Source: Promethearchaeota archaeon | GTDB lineage: Archaea; Asgardarchaeota; Lokiarchaeia; Sigyniarchaeales; SOKP01 | DNA: 64,000 nucleotides | Direction of reading: 5' to 3' | Assembly (NCBI GenBank): GCA_030603385.1 | Contig: JAUVXW010000002.1 | Location: forward strand, 1 to 64,000 | Shown here: one piece after another, positions 60,760 to 64,000 of the stretch | Position numbering within the stretch: position 1 is the first letter of the stretch | Layout of the letters: each line of letters starts with the position of its first letter | The notes under the pieces: model-generated | Told to the model about the DNA's origin: nothing | The model's database searches: none | The model's input: the letters and a program-made list of their open reading frames with translations, nothing else | Program-made: the position numbers and the translations under genes

Positions 60760-63700
60760 TTGGCTTCTCAAATACAACCTAAGAATAAGGAAAATGAAAA
60801 TCTAGGGAAACAAAATAGGAACCCCTTTATTAAGAAAGTTATCTTAGAAAATTTCTTATCGTTTCAAAAAGATGAGGTTGATTTTGGGGAAGCTAAGTTT
60901 GTTATTATTGTAGGCCCAAATTGGAGTGGAAAAACATCAATTTTTCAGGCTATTAAATTTGCATTAGGTAGTAATGAAAGAGATAATCGCTATACAAAAT
61001 GGTCTAATTTTATTAGAAATAGTCAGAATCATGCAATGGTTGAAATTCATATTCAAAACGGGGATGATATAATACAACTTAGGAGATATGTTATCAGAGG
61101 GCAATCTCCATTTTTTAAAATAAAAGGTAAGAATGAAAAAGAATTTCATAAAGTCCAAGCTCATGATGTCCAGAAAGTAATTACAGATTTAAATATAAAT
61201 CCTGATAATCAGTTTGCTTTCGTCAGTCAAGGAAAAATTGATGCTATTAAAAGCTTAAAACCAACAGAGTTATGTTCTTTTCTTGAAAAAGGTATTGGAT
61301 TAAAACTTCTTCGAGATGAGATATTAAACCAAAAAAGAAACGTGCTTACTTTGGATAATGATTTAAAGTCATTAACAAGTCGAAGAAACACCTTGAACAT
61401 TAGCTTAGAGCTTTTAACACCGAAATTGAAACGCTTGGAACAAAAAAAAAAGTTGTTAGAAATTAGAGAAAAATACAATGATGAATTTTTATGGGCAAAT
61501 CGAGATAAATTGGAAAAGGACATAAACAAAATTGAAGAACTCATTGAAAACCTTAAATTAGTCATAGATGGGATTAAGAAAAGAAAAAATAAATATGATA
61601 ATGAAATCGCAGAATTAATTAATAAAATTTCTATTGAGGAACAGAATATAAATAGGTTGTCAAAGAAACTCGGTGAACTTGATTATGAGAAAACAGATTT
61701 AATTGCAAAAATACAGAATTGGCAAAAAGAAAAGATATTAGCTAAACAGGAATTAGATGTACTGTCTAATAAAGTAAGAGAAATCGAAAAAATTATTACT
61801 AATTTTGAAAAACAAAAGGAAAGTTTAGATAGTGAATTAATAATAATTAAGAGGGAACAAAAGAAATTAGACGTTCAAATTACAAGCCTAATAAAGGAAC
61901 AAGATCAGTTAGTAAAGAAAATTAAACAAAATAAGGCTCTATTGGATGAGTATAATAAAATTATTAATGAAAAGGAAGTGAAACAATCAAAAATTCAAGA
62001 TAATAAGAAAACAATTAATGCCATAAATGACGAAATCAACCAACTATTTCAAAGTTTTAAGGATATAGAACATAAATTAGAAAAAAATAAATGGTTTCTA
62101 GAAAATCCTTCAAAAGATTTATTACAAGAAATCGATAGAGATCTCAGAAAAATTACTTTGAAAATTTATGAGATTGATTCAGAAATCAAAAAATTGGAAT
62201 TTGAAAAGTCAAAAAAGATAAATAAGTTAAAAATTCTACAGATATCACTAAGAGAACGACGAGTTGTTCTTCCTTCAAGTATTTCTATTCTTAAGGATGA
62301 GATTAATAGAAGAGATTTGAAAGTTAAGGGCCCCTTAATTGAATATTTAAAGTATGGTGATGAATTAAGCTATGCTATCGAATCTGTGCTAGGGGAAAAA
62401 TTATTATATAGTTTTGTAGCGGAAGATTGGGATACTTTAACTCTATTAAAAAGATTGAAAGAAAAATATGGTGCCTATTGTAATATATATCTTCCCAAAA
62501 AATTAGGTATTCAACCTTTAATAGATATTTCTGCTAATGGGGTTCTCGGTTATCTAGCTGAGCTTGTTAAAATCGTCGATTACGATTTAGATATTAAGAA
62601 AGTTATATATTCTAAAGTAAAGAATTGTTTAGTTGTTAAGGATTACCATTCTGGAAGAGAACTTTATAATAAACTTGGTTTCAAGGGTAAATGTGTAACT
62701 TTAGCAGGGGAACAAATTATATCCTATAAATATGTTTATGAAACCCCTTATGTAAAAAGATTAAAGGGTTTATTAAGCGCAGCAACTCAAAAAGAACAAT
62801 CTAACGTATTAGAATCAGAAATTAAATCAACGAATGATTCGATTTCAGAATTAAGGGTTGAACAATCCAAATTAGATATTATCCAAAAAGAATTATTCAA
62901 TAAAAAGGAATCTTTTAGCGATCTTTTATATAATTTTAACCAAAAACAGAGGATCACAACGAAAAAAAATCAATTATATAAACAGATGCATGACTTAGAA
63001 AAAGACAATTCTGAAATTAAAGATAAACTTAAAGATTTAGAATTTAAAATTAAAAATTTAAAGACACAAACTGACCCGGATTTTTTTAAATGGAATGATA
63101 GATTCAATGAGATCCCAAATGAATTGACTTCTTCAAATGAGGAAAAGAAAAAATGGGATTTGAAATTAGATGAAACTTCAGATATCCTAAAGGAAGTGAA
63201 AGTGGAGTTAAATAAGCAAAAAAATAAATTAAATATTAACAAATTAGATTACGAAAAAAAGAAAGAAGGGTTTCAAAAAGCAGACAAATCTGCTTTTGAA
63301 ACTTATCGACAATTAGAAAATGTAGAAGATAAACTTGAGAATATCGAGAAAGATATCACAAATTTGAAAGAAAATAAACTTCAATATCAAAACAGGAAGA
63401 ATGAAATCGATAAAAGAAGTATACAAATTACTATAAATTTGGAACAAGAAAATGTTAAATTAAATGCATTTAACCAAGAAATAGAAGCAAAAAGAAGGGA
63501 TTATGAACGAATTAATTCAGAGATAGGTCCCTTAATTTCTGAACAAATTATAGAAATTCGTCCAATAGAATTGATAAATGAAGATATTTCAAAAATCGAT
63601 AAGCAATTACTCAGTTATCTAGATGTCGATGATTCACTTCTAGTTGAGAAAGACCAAATAATAGCATCTCTTAAAGAAATTAATAGAAATCAAAACGATT

Positions 63701-64000
63701 TAGAAAAAGATATAAAAGCTGCAATAAAAACTGAACGTAAACTAGAAAAAACATACTATGATAAATTTAGTGTTGTACTTGAAAATCTACAATCTAAAGT
63801 TAATCAAAAGTTTGATGATTCTCAAATAAAGTCATATTGTTCTCTTGAACTGACTGGAAAATTTGAAGATCTTGGTGTTGATATAAAAGCAGCAACCTCT
63901 AAAGAACAATTAAAATCTTTTACTGCACTAAGCGGGGGGCAAGTTTCTCTTATATCAATTTGTTTGATCTTATCACTACAAGAGATTAAACCATCTCCAC
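60760..64000 (+). CDS. SMC-family ATPase, Smc5/6-like; partial, runs off the window and is absent from the ORF track
   Basis: TTG start after a GAGGT SD; IKKVILENFLSF, Walker A GPNWSGKT, LNINPDNQFAFVSQG, long coiled coils with a hinge, signature LSGGQ…LSLQEIKPSP. Confidence 0.88.
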   Translation, partial: MASQIQPKNKENENLGKQNRNPFIKKVILENFLSFQKDEVDFGEAKFVIIVGPNWSGKTSIFQAIKFALGSNERDNRYTKWSNFIRNSQNHAMVEIHIQNGDDIIQLRRYVIRGQSPFFKIKGKNEKEFHKVQAHDVQKVITDLNINPDNQFAFVSQGKIDAIKSLKPTELCSFLEKGIGLKLLRDEILNQKRNVLTLDNDLKSLTSRRNTLNISLELLTPKLKRLEQKKKLLEIREKYNDEFLWANRDKLEKDINKIEELIENLKLVIDGIKKRKNKYDNEIAELINKISIEEQNINRLSKKLGELDYEKTDLIAKIQNWQKEKILAKQELDVLSNKVREIEKIITNFEKQKESLDSELIIIKREQKKLDVQITSLIKEQDQLVKKIKQNKALLDEYNKIINEKEVKQSKIQDNKKTINAINDEINQLFQSFKDIEHKLEKNKWFLENPSKDLLQEIDRDLRKITLKIYEIDSEIKKLEFEKSKKINKLKILQISLRERRVVLPSSISILKDEINRRDLKVKGPLIEYLKYGDELSYAIESVLGEKLLYSFVAEDWDTLTLLKRLKEKYGAYCNIYLPKKLGIQPLIDISANGVLGYLAELVKIVDYDLDIKKVIYSKVKNCLVVKDYHSGRELYNKLGFKGKCVTLAGEQIISYKYVYETPYVKRLKGLLSAATQKEQSNVLESEIKSTNDSISELRVEQSKLDIIQKELFNKKESFSDLLYNFNQKQRITTKKNQLYKQMHDLEKDNSEIKDKLKDLEFKIKNLKTQTDPDFFKWNDRFNEIPNELTSSNEEKKKWDLKLDETSDILKEVKVELNKQKNKLNINKLDYEKKKEGFQKADKSAFETYRQLENVEDKLENIEKDITNLKENKLQYQNRKNEIDKRSIQITINLEQENVKLNAFNQEIEAKRRDYERINSEIGPLISEQIIEIRPIELINEDISKIDKQLLSYLDVDDSLLVEKDQIIASLKEINRNQNDLEKDIKAAIKTERKLEKTYYDKFSVVLENLQSKVNQKFDDSQIKSYCSLELTGKFEDLGVDIKAATSKEQLKSFTALSGGQVSLISICLILSLQEIKPSP

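Noticed and set aside
60964-63242. Minus-strand ORFs 60964-61164, 61227-61565 and 62970-63242
   Set aside because: They are antisense shadows of the long plus-strand SMC gene.
1-64000. CRISPR arrays, rRNA/tRNA genes, transposases, integrases
   Set aside because: I saw no regularly spaced repeats, GC-rich structural RNA blocks or recombinase motifs; a small ncRNA could be missed by eye.

Overview
An AT-rich archaeal chromosome segment, most consistent with Lokiarchaeia (Asgard archaea). Support for this: an archaeal TFB next to bacterial-type grpE-dnaK-dnaJ, many lipid and redox enzymes, an Smc5/6-like gene and a eukaryote-type SECIS. Contents in order: a histidine kinase tail; two MscS genes; a free-standing HNH gene; a lipid/redox cluster (CrtC-like, SCP2, two FAD oxidoreductases, a CCG Fe-S protein, FixC/FixX-like); grpE-dnaK-dnaJ-tfb; vapBC; several Zn-finger microproteins; assorted metabolic genes; a BpsA-SpeD fusion; an arsR/acr3 locus; cysteine synthase; a degenerate AAA gene; and an Smc5/6-like gene that runs off the window. 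Two findings stand out, and the ORF track shows neither. (1) The last gene of the acr3 operon encodes a MoaD/SAMP-like beta-grasp protein. Its apparent stop is a tandem in-frame UGA-UGA, located where the ubiquitin-like GG motif would be. It is followed by 38 more sense codons and, 9 nt after the TAA stop, a Loki/eukaryote-type SECIS. This is a candidate Sec-Sec selenoprotein in an arsenic-resistance operon. (2) A Cys-rich leader peptide (…CCIFGCCC) with mutually exclusive RNA pairings lies directly upstream of cysteine synthase, a candidate ribosome-mediated attenuator in an archaeon. All family assignments come from motif recognition by eye; no database searches were run.
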